Shown here: positions 36,451 through 49,400 of the stretch, in pieces
How the letters are laid out: each line of letters begins with the position of its first letter
Numbering within the stretch: position 1 is the stretch's first letter
DNA from: Octopus bimaculoides
Lineage: Eukaryota
Direction of reading: 5' to 3'
DNA: 64,000 nucleotides
Assembly (NCBI RefSeq): GCF_001194135.2
Contig: NC_068983.1
Span: forward strand, 100,179,798-100,243,797
Program-made: the position numbers and the translations under genes
Notes under the pieces: model-generated
The model's database searches: none
Told to the model about the DNA's origin: nothing
Seen by the model: the letters and a program-made list of their open reading frames with translations, nothing else

Positions 36451-36750
36451 TCATTGGAACTTATTGAAGTAAGCCAACATACTCACAGCCTTATTGCAGG
36501 CAATGGCAAGGTTAAGTTGTTGGGACCCTAAGCCCAAGCACCCTCACAGGAATCACCTGTCACCTCGGTATGGTGAGCCTCTAATGACAAGAACTCCAAT
36601 GTCCAGCTCCTCCAGACATCTCAAATGTCACAGGCTGGAATACTGACAAGCCCCAGTATTTTAGGATTTTGTTCTGTTTGGCTACAGAAGCAATGACCTT
36701 CCCTATTTACTGCACCATCTAGGATACACCCACACAGTTGTTGTCACGTT
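36451..36750 (-). mobile_element. second CRE-like non-LTR fragment (extreme ORF C-terminus)
   Basis: Frameshifted KILKYWGLSVFQPVTFEMSG / EVTGDSCEGAW / QQLNLAIACNKAVSML, resembling the CRE C-terminal pattern KY..L..F.PV..E..G / TGD.RE / QRLS.AI.RGNA.S. Confidence 0.6.
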
Positions 36751-37010
36751 TTAATTCTATTGGGCCTCACGAAGCGTTTTGGGCACCCTAATTTGCATAA
36801 TTGCAAAAAATATGTAAGCTAAGGGAAATAATTCATATGAGCAATGACATGAATTTAAGTAATTCGACAGGAGGTGATTCTAAATAATTATATATATATA
36901 TTTTTTTTAGTACAAAACCTTGAAACTAGTTTCCAGTGAAGAGAAGGGTGATATCTAAAAGTAAAAGGATATAAATTATTTTTATAATGAGTTAACTATC
37001 AAATAACTAT

Positions 37011-37062
37011 TCTCGATAACAGACAAGATTATCAAACGGAAGTTGATTTCAAAACTTCCTGT
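37011..37062 (+). promoter_or_regulatory. putative CHMP1A core promoter with paired ETS-type sites
   Basis: CGGAAGT (37037-37043) and ACTTCCTGT (37054-37062) in inverted orientation, plus TCTCGATA (DRE-like, 37011-37018), in a locally CpG-retaining patch 90-140 nt upstream of the ATG. Function inferred. Confidence 0.4.
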
Positions 37063-37152
37063 TATAGTTTCAATTTATCGTTTCGTTACTCAGATTATTC
37101 TTTTACTGAATTTTGTTTGTATTTTTCTTGATTTACTTTCAAACTTAAGACC

Positions 37153-38729
37153 ATGTCAAAAGTGGAAGGTAAGAATATAAATTAATTCTATTTCTATTGA
37201 TATTGTCTTTGTAATAGGTAATAATTCCAATTGCAGTGTGTTTAAGGTGCTCATTTGACCATCCGGGTGTTGGCTATAAACTGCCAAATTCTGTTTTCCC
37301 ATAAATGTGATCTGACAAAAATAAATTGTAATTACAGTTACTTTTCCCTTACATACATCTTTAGTTGTTATTTGTGATTACCCAGTTACATATTTAAACT
37401 GCATTTAATTACTTCATTTAACATTTGGGTTCGGAATTTGAATTAGCGATACCAACTGAGAGTTGCAGAAAATAATTCTTTCAGCTTTCTCCGATTATAT
37501 ATGTTAACAATTATAGTTGAAGATGTGTAATAGTTAAGGAAATTATTTTTAGAACTTACAATACAAATAATGAATGGTTAACTAGTGTTTGTTATGGAGC
37601 TAAGTATTTACTCCGTAGAATGGTATTTAAAAAAACCCTTTTGTTTATATTATAACGTTGGTCATGTGAAGACAATTTAATTTTGATATAGATATGCGGT
37701 CCATGTCCTTTACCTCCACCAGTGTATATAACTTACATATATTTTATATAACTACTAGAGTACCAATACAGTGTTCATTATGAATAAATATACTGAGTCG
37801 TATCCATATGTATTTACTATTCACTGAAAATTACGAAAGGAAGATGAACAAACACTGGTGAATTATTAAATAATAACCAAACCTCTTAGCTCGATTCTGA
37901 ACATAAGCTCCCAAAAAAGTCCTTGGAGAGCATAATTTGTCAGTGAATCAAAATATAAATACATAGGGAAGTGACTCAGTATATTTATTTGTATAATATA
38001 TAGTTGTACTGTTTAACTTTTTCAAGTATTTCATTATACATACATGTCTTACAGCAGGTTTTCACACACGATGTATTCTGTTTAAATTATGAGTAAAATG
38101 ATATGAAACTAAAAAAAAAAAAAGAAAAAAACGAAAATGCCGATCATCTTGTTATAATTTTCGTGCGATCCTTGAGTTTTTACCAATCTCTGCAAGCTCT
38201 AAATTTAATAATTCTCTTTAATTTAAATAATAGAAACCTGCAGTTATTGTTTTTTCTTAAATTTCATTTAATTGCACTTGTCTACTTGAATTATATGCTG
38301 AGAGAACCGCACTGAACTTAACAGCAATTGGTTTTGTAAACAAACTCTTACAGGCCAATTTACCTTTACAGCAATTCCTACTAAGTAGTGTCTCAGAACT
38401 GACTGAGTAATATAAACAACAAGTGTTTTTTCTATTAGACTTGACAAAGATAGCCGAATTGGAGGGTTACCTGCTAAGAACGAGTATATTATGAAAAGTT
38501 AGTTTCTTTCGGTAATTGTTGTAGTAGTAGTAGTAGTAGTAGAACTTTGAGACATTTGTTGTTCTGTGATGTTGACTCAACGTCACAGGTATTGATAGTT
38601 TACTTAACTTTTATGTTACACTTCAAATGAAGTTTATTCAATTTGTTTTTTACAGTTGCTGCTGTACAGACCCTCACTACCATACAGTATCAGACTTTGA
38701 TACACATTCTACATAATGTACTTCATACA

Positions 38730-38766
<37 letters not shown>

Positions 38767-40404
38767 CAATTAGAAAATGGAGGAGAATATGCAGTACCCA
38801 TCGACTTGCAGTGTATTCGTTGAATTAATTAACTTATTTTGTAACTAAAATGACAAAAATAATAAAGCATTTGTATGTTATCGTTTTTGTCATTTTAGTT
38901 ACAAAATAAGTTGATTAACTCAACAGAATACACTGTCTGCAAGTCGATGGGTACTGCATATTCTTCTCCATTTTCTAATTACTATATAAATTTAGGGCAA
39001 AATAACCCCCCTTTTACCCGCACCCACTTNNNNNNNNNNNNNNNNNNNNNNNNNNNNNNNNNNNNNNNNNNNNNNNNNNNNNNNNNNNNNNNNNNNNNNN
39101 NNNNNNNNNNNNNNNNNNNNNNNNNTATATATATATATATATGAGAGAGAGTTCATGCATCACTTTTCCATCTTGACAAAGGTTGGATGGGACTTTTTGA
39201 AACAGTGCCCTTCCTGATATCAACTCTACTAGTTACCCCTTATGACATGGATGGATATTGTATGCCTGTTCTAAAAACTGTGATATACCTAGCAATGTAT
39301 GTTCTTCTATCACTAGCTATATGTACTAGAAGTTCCTCACAGACCACTTTACTATAATATGTATTTAAGGCTCTTTCTGCCCCTCTCCATTTAATCCACA
39401 TCTAATTCAAGACTTACATGCTTCTTTGTAGTCCATCCTTCTATACATTAATGACCTATGGATTGTCATTTAACTGCACATATTTATATGTCAGTGACAC
39501 CCTCCAATTTTCAGCATATATTTTGTGTTTCAGCCTAGAGATAAAAATCCATGAGTAAAATGTCAATACTACTCATGGAAACAAAGGTATTACATTATAC
39601 CAACTTTAAGCAAGCAATTTTCTATTTAAATTATTGTGCTTCCTACAAAAGCTAGGTTTAATATAATTGTCATGATTTTCTATTTTTTTATGGTGGCATA
39701 GATTGGATAAGTCTGCACCAGCACAACATTATGCCATTTCTTGCAGTCTCTTTTCATTACCTTTGTGAAGTCCAGGATCCTGTGATCAGCCTTTTCTACT
39801 TCTTCCCTCATCTTTTTTGGTCTTTGTTTTCCATAAACTCCTTACATTTAAATTACTTGACATTTCTTCACGTAGGTGTCATCCTTCATATCCATTACTT
39901 GTATTTACCAGTGCAGTCTTCTCTCTTGCAAGCTATGATAATTGCTTATAGGAATTCAATAGTCTTCATATACATTTCAGACTGATTTCCTTTACAAAAG
40001 GTAAAGGGTTAGATATAGTAAAGTGTTAGCTGATGCAGTCATTGCATGCACCTTTTATTTGAAATCGTTCAAACAAAACCTATCTGCATGACTGGCAAAC
40101 TTACACTCACCAATATTTCAAATGTTGGTTCACCATTGAATTGTATCTTCCTTCTGTTATTTCTGACTAATGTCAGAGGAGGAAAAGAAGGGGCAGATCA
40201 CTGAGACTGATGTGGTTGATATTCAGTTTCAGCATTTACAGTTTGTTGTCTGTTAGAGAAAACATGGACAGGGTGAATGTCAGAGGTTACAGTTCTGGGA
40301 TAGAAACTACTGGGCAAAGTGTTTTATGCAAGATCTGAGAAGACAGTAAAGCTGATGGGTGAGGGTGTGCAGTTAGCAGGTTCAGATGAATAGAGGTCAT
40401 TGTT

Positions 40405-40447
<43 letters not shown>

Positions 40448-43400
40448 AACTTTGAGACGTTGTTGTGTGTCGGTAATCATATCTCTGGTGACTAGTTGAA
40501 TGGTCTTTTGGATGCATGGTGGCTGCAGTATTCGAGTGTATGTCTTATTTGAACTTTGAAGCTATGCAAGGCTCTGTGATTAATTACTGAAAATAGAAGT
40601 GAAAACTATTCATCCCTTAGTCGTTCGTTCATCGTTTAACGTCCGCTTTCCATGCTAGCATGGGTTGGACGATTTGACTGAGGACTGGTGAAACTAGATG
40701 GCTACACCAGGCTCCAATCTGATTTGGCAGAGTTTCTACAGCTGGATGCCCTTCCTAACGCCAACCACTCTGAGAGTGTAGTGGATGCTTTTACATGCCA
40801 CCGGTATGAAGGCCAGTCAGGTGGTACTGGCAACGGCCACGCTCAAAATGGTGTATTTTATGTGCCAGCCGCACAAGAGCCAGTCCAGAGGCACTGGCAA
40901 CAATCTCGCTCGAAAGTCCTTACACCCTAAGTATTTAAGATATATTGCTTACTTATATATTGTGTCAGAATATTGTAAGAAATCTGCTTTATTTTACAAA
41001 TTAATATCCTTGTTATAATATTGATAATGAATAAATATTATTGTTATTAGTTTCTATTAGTATCATATATTGATATAAGATGTTTCTTGCTTGATAATAT
41101 TACTACCTGAATTTCCTCTTAATTATCCTAATATTCTATGTTCTATTTTACAGAGACATTGTTTCAGTTAAGGGTGAGTATTAAGCAACTTTTGTTTAAT
41201 GTTGAATTTCTTTTGTTCCCTATCTGATGTTTAAAATGTATATAAATCTATCCTATATATTACCTATATTAATCTGGCACTTAACATTGTAAAAATGTCC
41301 ATCAAACAAAATATTTAAAAAATGCAACAGCATACATTCATATTTACTGCTTATTAAGCCACTAGAGTTTTACAGTCATATGACAAGTAACTTTGGAAAA
41401 GTACTTTTGCCACCATGGGTAATATCAGGAAATTTGGTATACATACAATAATTATAATTTGTCTTTTATCACATTTCTTGGCACTACTTTTACAAAATGA
41501 AGAAATGAATGCTAATTTTCAAAAGGAAAAAATATTTATAGCCTTAAAAGATATCAAATGAAACAATATTCAAAAATTAAAAAAAGCTGAAAACAAAATT
41601 ATTCTCCATGTTGATTTTATGTTATGGAAGTTCACACACACACACATCCCTTCTCTTTCTGTGTGTGTGTATGTATATATATATATTTAGTAGAACCAAC
41701 TGAGTAACTCAAGGGTCAAGAGTTTCATGTATTGACACTTAGTGCTAACACATAAAACTCTCAGCTCTTGAGTCACTCTGTTTCTGCTAAATATTAATAA
41801 AAATATACATATACTCATATTTTGAGTTCTATTTTTCCTGTATGCATCACCATACCAACACACACACACACACACACACTCTTCTTTTTTCACTCTCTAT
41901 AAATAATTTTTTTTCACTATGTGCCTGCCACCAAACTTAGTATGTCCACTCATCTTGAACCTGTTATGCTAACTGTCTTTTTCTACTCTCTCTTCCCCCT
42001 CTTTTTATATGATGTAAATTGTAATGGAGAAATTTTTTTCAATAGCTAAGAATGGGAAATCATCAAGCATTGCTGAATTCAGATAATTATCCAAACTGAT
42101 TTTATGAATATATATATATATATGCACATAAAATACACCATTTTGAGTGTGGCCGTTGCCAGTACCGCCTGACTGGCCTTCGTGCCGGTGGCACGTAAAA
42201 GCACCCACTACACTCTCTGAGTGGTTGGCGTTAGGAAGGGCATCCAGCTGTAGAAACTCTGCAAAATCAGATTGAAGCCTGGTGTAGCCATCTGGTTTCA
42301 CCAGTCCTCAGTCAAATCGTCCAACCCATGCTAGCATGGAAAGCGAACATTAAACGACGATGATGATGATGATATATATATATATATTAGGTGTATAGGA
42401 AGAAAATATAGTATATTGCCTTTATTGGATTTCATCCATTTACGAAGTTATCCACTATTTGATGCATCCTCTATACCAATTGGCTCTGTATTCATTTATT
42501 GTAATATCGAAGCACTTACAACATACCATAAATTAAGACCTACCTCTTTAATAAGGTATGTGTGCCTGCGAACCCAGGCAGCCTGGGTTCAATTCTCTGC
42601 ATGAGAATATGTTATTTACGTACAAGCAGATCTGTGTAGTTCTGAAGTTTGCTTCCCAACCATATGGTAGGGTGCATGAGTGTGAATCATAATTTCTTAG
42701 ATTACTTAGTAATTACATTCTTTAGGAAAACACTCTTTCCTTAATAATTTCATTTTCTAGGGAAGCACTTTCACGCTTTTGCAAAGGAAAACACTTTTAC
42801 CTTCAATTAAGCTTTTATGGGGTGGCAGTGAATAAACAGTAAGGAAGTATTCCAATTTCTTGTTATCATTTATCTATTTTTTATTATTTTTGAACACTTC
42901 TGCCAATATTATTTTTACATCATATTTAAAGAAGCTTTTGTATTGAATGAAATTGAGAATTTGAAGTAACAACAGAAAGAATGAGGTGATAGAGAGACAA
43001 CGGAAACAGGAAGAACAAAGGTAGGAAATAAAAGGAACCAAGAGATAATGAAATATGACAGAATATAAACATGAAGAGCACTGACTGTATTAAAGGAAAA
43101 AGTTAACAGATATGAAGGAGAACATGGATGATGAACAGTGAGCTGATTATATGGGATAGTTTTTGAGAGAGAAGTGAGATGACTGCAGAACAGTGAGTAG
43201 AATATCAGGAAGAACTTTTGAGAAAGGAATTGTGTAAGACAAGAAAGCATAAATGAAGAACAGTTGCTTAATTTGGGAAATGTTCAGACAAGAAGATAAT
43301 ATCAGAATGGAAATGAAAGATGTTACTTATTGATGGTGACTCTTATTTACAACTGTTACATGATGTCAAGACCAGGAGATAATAGTGCACACACACACAC

Positions 43401-46400
43401 ACATGATGGGCTTTTATCAGTTTCCATTTACCACTCACAATGCTTTGGTTGGCCTTGAGTTATAGTGGAAGATTAAGATGTTATGCAGTGGAACTAAACT
43501 GGAAACCATGTGGTTAGGAAGCAAACACAGCCACACTAGCTCTTATATGCATATATATAGATATACATGTATATTTATTATATGATGGACTCTCCTGTTG
43601 AAGATGATGTGTTAGTGTTCAGCTTTTGCCAAATGACATGCACAAATGATTTGTTTATAGTAATCAAATATTTGTGGCACACATTAGCTCACACTCACCA
43701 TCAAATTGGCAATGAGTGGATAAGTGCACAGTGTACCACACATCAGGTGTCGAAGTGATCATAGAACAGTGTGAGATGAAATGTTTTTTTCAAGAACACA
43801 ACACACCACCCAGTCTATGAACTGAAATCACAATCTAGTGATCATGAGTGCAACACCCTAACCACTAAGCCATGCACCCTCACACACACATACATGCGTG
43901 CACGCACACACACACACATATATATGCACATCAAAGTAACAGTAAGAATTAGTAATGCAATAATGTAATGGTATCCCACTGAATATATTGTCTTCAAGAA
44001 AGAGAGCTCTATATTGAATCAGCATTATGCAAGGTATTACTGCGTATATGTATATGGCTGTGTGGTTAAATAATTCGATTTCTGATTATGTGATTTAAGG
44101 TTCAGTCCCACCTAGGGTAAGTGTCTTACTATAGCCTTTAGTCAACCGAAGCCTTGTAGATTTTAGTAGACAGGAACTGAAAGAAGTTCATCATTATCGT
44201 CATTTTAGCATTCATTTTTTTCTCATGCTTGCATGTCTGGGATGGAATTCATTGAAGCAGATTTTCTACTGCTGGATGTCTGTCACGTTGCCAACCCTCA
44301 CCTGTTTCTAAGCAAAGTTAGGTTTCTCCCTTGGGTGGGCATATTTCCATGGATGTTAGGAAACAAAGGATACTACTTGTAGGACATTGATGTGCATTTA
44401 TAACTATTGCATGAGATCAAAGAGACACAAACACACACACACAAGTACAAGCATTCATGCACACACACAAGTACACACACACTATATATACATACACACA
44501 TACATATACAAAGGGCTTCTTTCAGTTTATTATCTATCAAATTCATATGCAAGACTTTATTTGATCTGGGGTTGTAAGAGGTACCATACATGGGCTCTTT
44601 TCCCAGTGTTGCAACAGCTTATGATAAGGAGCTTTATACATTGTCACAAGTGGTACCAGCCTTTTAGATTAGAAGAGGATGTCCACAGAAGACAATCCCT
44701 AATTTGGATGACTTTGCATGACAACAGACAATGATCATATTGCAAAAGTGCATGCTGTGAGCTATGAAAGTCATTACCTGACTGTTCATGAAGAAGTGGG
44801 AATCTGTAAAAGTTCATACCTCATGATTTTAAGTGAAAAATTGAAGATGCATCACCTTCCTTCAGATTTTGTGCAGTGTCAGCTGATATGAACAAACTGA
44901 AAACCAAGAGTCTGTTAGAAGTTGTTTGATCATTCAAATGCCAATGAAAATTGAACAGTGTCCTAATGAGTGATGAAATGTGGGTGTTTGGCAATGATGA
45001 TGAAACAAAGTAGTAGTCATTGCAGTGGATTGCTCACACAAATTTGATGGTGTGGTTGTTCTTTTTATATTGGAAGAGCTTCGTTCATCATAAGTTGACC
45101 AGTGATGATTTGTCCAACCGTTGCCAGCATGGAAAAATGATTGTAGAAATGATGATAACAATGATTGAATATTCAGTAGCTAACTATATTACTAGTATGT
45201 TGACATTATCATTCTCATTCTACTTTTGATTAAGTGAAAGTCATCCTAAGTGTATAATTCATTTCATAAGTATTTTTCTTTTATAGTTCACTACAAAACA
45301 ACTTGAACGACTGGCACGAAAAGCAGAGAAAGAACAACATGCGCAGGAAAATCGCGTAAAAAAGGTAATCTCTTTAGTTGACTGATTGTAAAAAAAGTGT
45401 ATGAATGTTTGAGTGTTTGATTGTGTGGTATTTTGATATTAAAGTACAATGTATGAGCATAGATGGACAGTAGTTTTTCATTGTTTTTGATGACATCTAG
45501 TGAGCTAAAACTAGGCAGTCTGAAGGTATATTAATTAGTGTGTGTGTGTTTGTGAATTAATGTAATGATATTGTATAACAGTAGTGTTTGGAGATACTAT
45601 TGGATCTGATATTTTAGAAGGCAATGAGCTGGCAGAATTGTTAGCACGCCAGGCAAAATGCTTAGCAGCATTTCATCCATCTTTATGATCTGAGTTCAAA
45701 TTCTGCTGGAGTCGATTTTGCCTTTCATCCTTTTGGTGTCAATAAAATAAGTACCAGTGGAGTACTGGGGTCGATGTAATCGACTTAGCCCCTTCCCTGA
45801 ACTCACTGGCCTTGTGCCAAAATTTGAAATTAATATGTTAGTGACTGTAGTAAATGTGACATTTCCTGGATTGATAGATATGACTTTTGGAAAGGGTCAG
45901 GTACTATTGAGGACTAATGCAGTTTTTGGACACTGGAAAGCAATTCCAATCACTCTAATGCAGTTTTAATTGTGTTGAATCCGAAGTCAATATATCTTAT
46001 ATAAGGGTCAGAATACTTATTTCAAATATAACTCATCTTTAAAATAAACAAGAGGATTGACTACAGCACTTGTGCTGCTGTCACATAAAAGCACTTGTGC
46101 TGCTGTCATGTAAAAGCACTTGTGCCTGTAGCATGTTACAAACATCCAGCACACACTGTAAAGTGGTTGGCATTAAGAAGGGCATCCAGCCATAGAAACC
46201 AAGCCATGTCAGACTGAAACCTGGTGCAGCTTGCCAGAACTGGGCAAGCTGTCCAACCCATGCCAGCATAGAAAACAAATATTAAAGGCTGATGATGATA
46301 ACTTCTACCAGAGATCTGGGGGAAATTTGTTTGTAATTTTTGGAGATGGGTACTATTTATGTATTTTAAATGTTGCTCATTGTTTGAAATTAATTTCAGA

Positions 46401-49400
46401 ATGTGCCAGAGATTCTTATCAAAAATTGTAAAGATTTATCAAGAATTTATTAAAGTTTTAAATGGACATAAGGTAATATGTTTAACGTAGATTTGGTTGG
46501 AAATGTTAAAGAAGTCCATCATTAAAGGTTATTAAAAACTGGAAGATGATGTATTTTGGGTGAATGAAGACATTTATGGATTGAAGCAGTACAAGTACAC
46601 TTAGCCTCTGTGACAATGAAAAGAGTGAGAAATGGTAGTGCAATTAGGAATGGAACAAAGTATACCCCCAGTGGAGTAAATAGGGAGACCTGATGTATAC
46701 ATGAATGTGAATATGGTGACTAAAGTAATAAGTGACTTAAACCAAAGTAATTAATAACTTAACCCTTCATTATTCTGATTACTCTATCGAATGTAATGCT
46801 TATTTATTCACATTGTTTTGAATCAATTATGCATTATTTTGTAGCTTCAAGATTCCACTGGTGTTTTTTGTATAATTTTAGAATGACATTGTAAAGTAGG
46901 TGTGAGAGGTTGGATCTGCTCAGTTTTAACGTAAAACAACTAGGATATTTGGGCCGGATATGACCAGATTAAATGCTAAAGAGTTAAAGATTGGAAAAGC
47001 TGTCACTTCATTGCAGATATTTGCTGAGATGTTGAGACATCAGGATGAGTTTGTTTTACACTAATTTCATAGTGAACTATGTTGTACAATAAGGTCATCA
47101 TCAACTGCTACAAAATTAAGGATAAAGAGATTCTCAAGAAAGAAAATTGCTATTGCTAAGCCCTTTTTAAGTTAACAGCTCCAGTAAAGTTAGTATGTAC
47201 ATTGATTGTGTGAATCAGTAAGAAAGTGGATATTAAAATCTGTATCTCCTTTCATATTATATCATATTTATCTATTTCTTATTTTCTACTCTTTTTCTTT
47301 TTGCAGGCAATACAGCAAAAAAATATTGAAGTTGCTAAAGTTTATGCAGAGAATGCTATTAGGAAAAAAAATGAACAATTGAACTACTTGCGTATGGCTG
47401 CTCGTGTAGATGCAGTATCAAGTAAAGTGCAGACAGCTGTCACAATGAAACAAGTATGAACTTTTTCATTGTTCTCTAAGAATTCTAATTCAATATTTTT
47501 GTACATATTTAGCAAATTTCTATTTCATTTAACTTTCTAAAGTTTTCAACATTTATTCCTGTAACTTCAATTTTTTGTTGATTCATTTCAGTACTATTTT
47601 CATATGAAACTTTTGCTTGAAAAGTTCATATCCTTAGAATAATTCCAATGAATATTTAATAATAAGCAATAAGACTTTTCTCTATCATTGTCTAAGATTC
47701 CTAATCAAAACTATTTGTACTAGTTAAACAATTTTATGGTTAATTAATAATCAAGTTATTGATGGTGATAAACACTATAAAGAAAGGAAGTGTGTTCCTG
47801 GATAGCCAAGTCATTGATTCATCTTTGATTTCTGGTTTTAGTCATTCTTTTCACCTTAAATTGTTCATCAAGTATTATGCAAATATATTTCCCTTTTTCT
47901 AGTTCATACATGATGATAGTAGGCAAGAAACTAAAACTTTAGAGCCAGTTAATAGCTTGGTTAATGAATGAAGTCTTTGAGAGGAAACTTGTGTTAGCTT
48001 GTTCCAAGATTACCTATTTTTGCATGAAACATTTTCTATCAGCTTACAGCTTCATATAAATGTAATTCTTAGATTTCACAAAAAGTAAAATATTTATACC
48101 AAAATTTACATAAAATCGTTTAAAATTTGTAAAATAGTGAAACTAAGTTGAAACCAGCAACTCAGGAAAAGATTTATTGCCTGTTATTAAATATTTATTT
48201 TATTAAGAATTTGAAATTTCTTATCAAAATGGCCTTAAAATGAATCAAAGATGAACCAAAAAACAGTCTTATGAATTACAAACTTTAAAACTCAAAAACT
48301 TTTTGTTATAGGAATAAATGTTGAAAAATATATATTATAAACAGTATACTATGTTTTCAACAAGCAATATAAAAGAAGTAAATTCCTAGCAGTATTTGAG
48401 CTCAGAATGTAGTGGAACAAGAGTAAACTTTTAGAGGCTTTTAACCCTTTCGTTACTGTATTTATTTTGAGATGCTCTGTGTTTCTTTGAATTACTTTAA
48501 ATATAACAAAGAATTTAGTAAAATAACTTAGTTATCATTAAGCTAGTTTTAGGAACATAAATTGTGATTAAGGTTTGGTGGAAGATTTTAATTCAAAACT
48601 TATAAAAACAAGACATTTGTACTCAGAGCCAGAGCCGGTTTCAGCCAGGTTGGTAATGAAAGGGTTAAACTATCATTCTAGCCTATCTACCAACATGTAT
48701 TCTTAAGTATTGAAAGTAGTCTAGTTTCCTTATATTGATATTAGGTCATGAATTCGTAAGGAAGGAGCAGAAACTTATTTCATCACCTTTAGTTCATTTC
48801 TGTACTTATTAATGAAAGCCAAAACCATCCTTCAGTATTTGAACTCGGGATGTAGAAGAGAGAGAGGAGCTAAACTGAAAAGACCTTATCCTTATACTTT
48901 ACCATTGCTGCCACGTCATCACTTCTCTTATTGTTCCCAATTAATGAAACAGATGGTAAAAAACAGCAAAGTTTTATTACAATGTGCAGTTTCTGGTTCT
49001 TTCAACTCTGGGTTAAAACCCTGTTGATTTTGCTTTTCTCCCTGTGCTGCCTAACTGGCTTTCGTGCCGGTGGCACACCAAAAGCACCATTCAAGTGTAG
49101 TCGATGCCAGTACCACCTGACTGGCCCTTGTGCTGGTGGCACATAAAAAGCACCCACTACACTCTTGGAGTGGTTGACATTAGGAAGGGCATCCAGCTGT
49201 AAAAACCTTGCCAGATCAGATTGGAGCCTGGTACAGCCTTGTGGCTTGCCAGTCCTCAGTCCAACCTATGTCAGCATGGAAAGCGGACATTAAATGATGA
49301 TGATGATGATCCATGATGTTAATAATATAAGTACCAGTAGTCTACTTGGTTTGATTCTGTTGGTTACTCATCACCTATAGAATAATTAGCTTTGTACCAA

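Noticed and set aside
42915-43320. Purine-rich tract with a 111-aa hydrophobic antisense ORF
   Set aside because: Compositional artefact; no open sense frame or motif I could assign.
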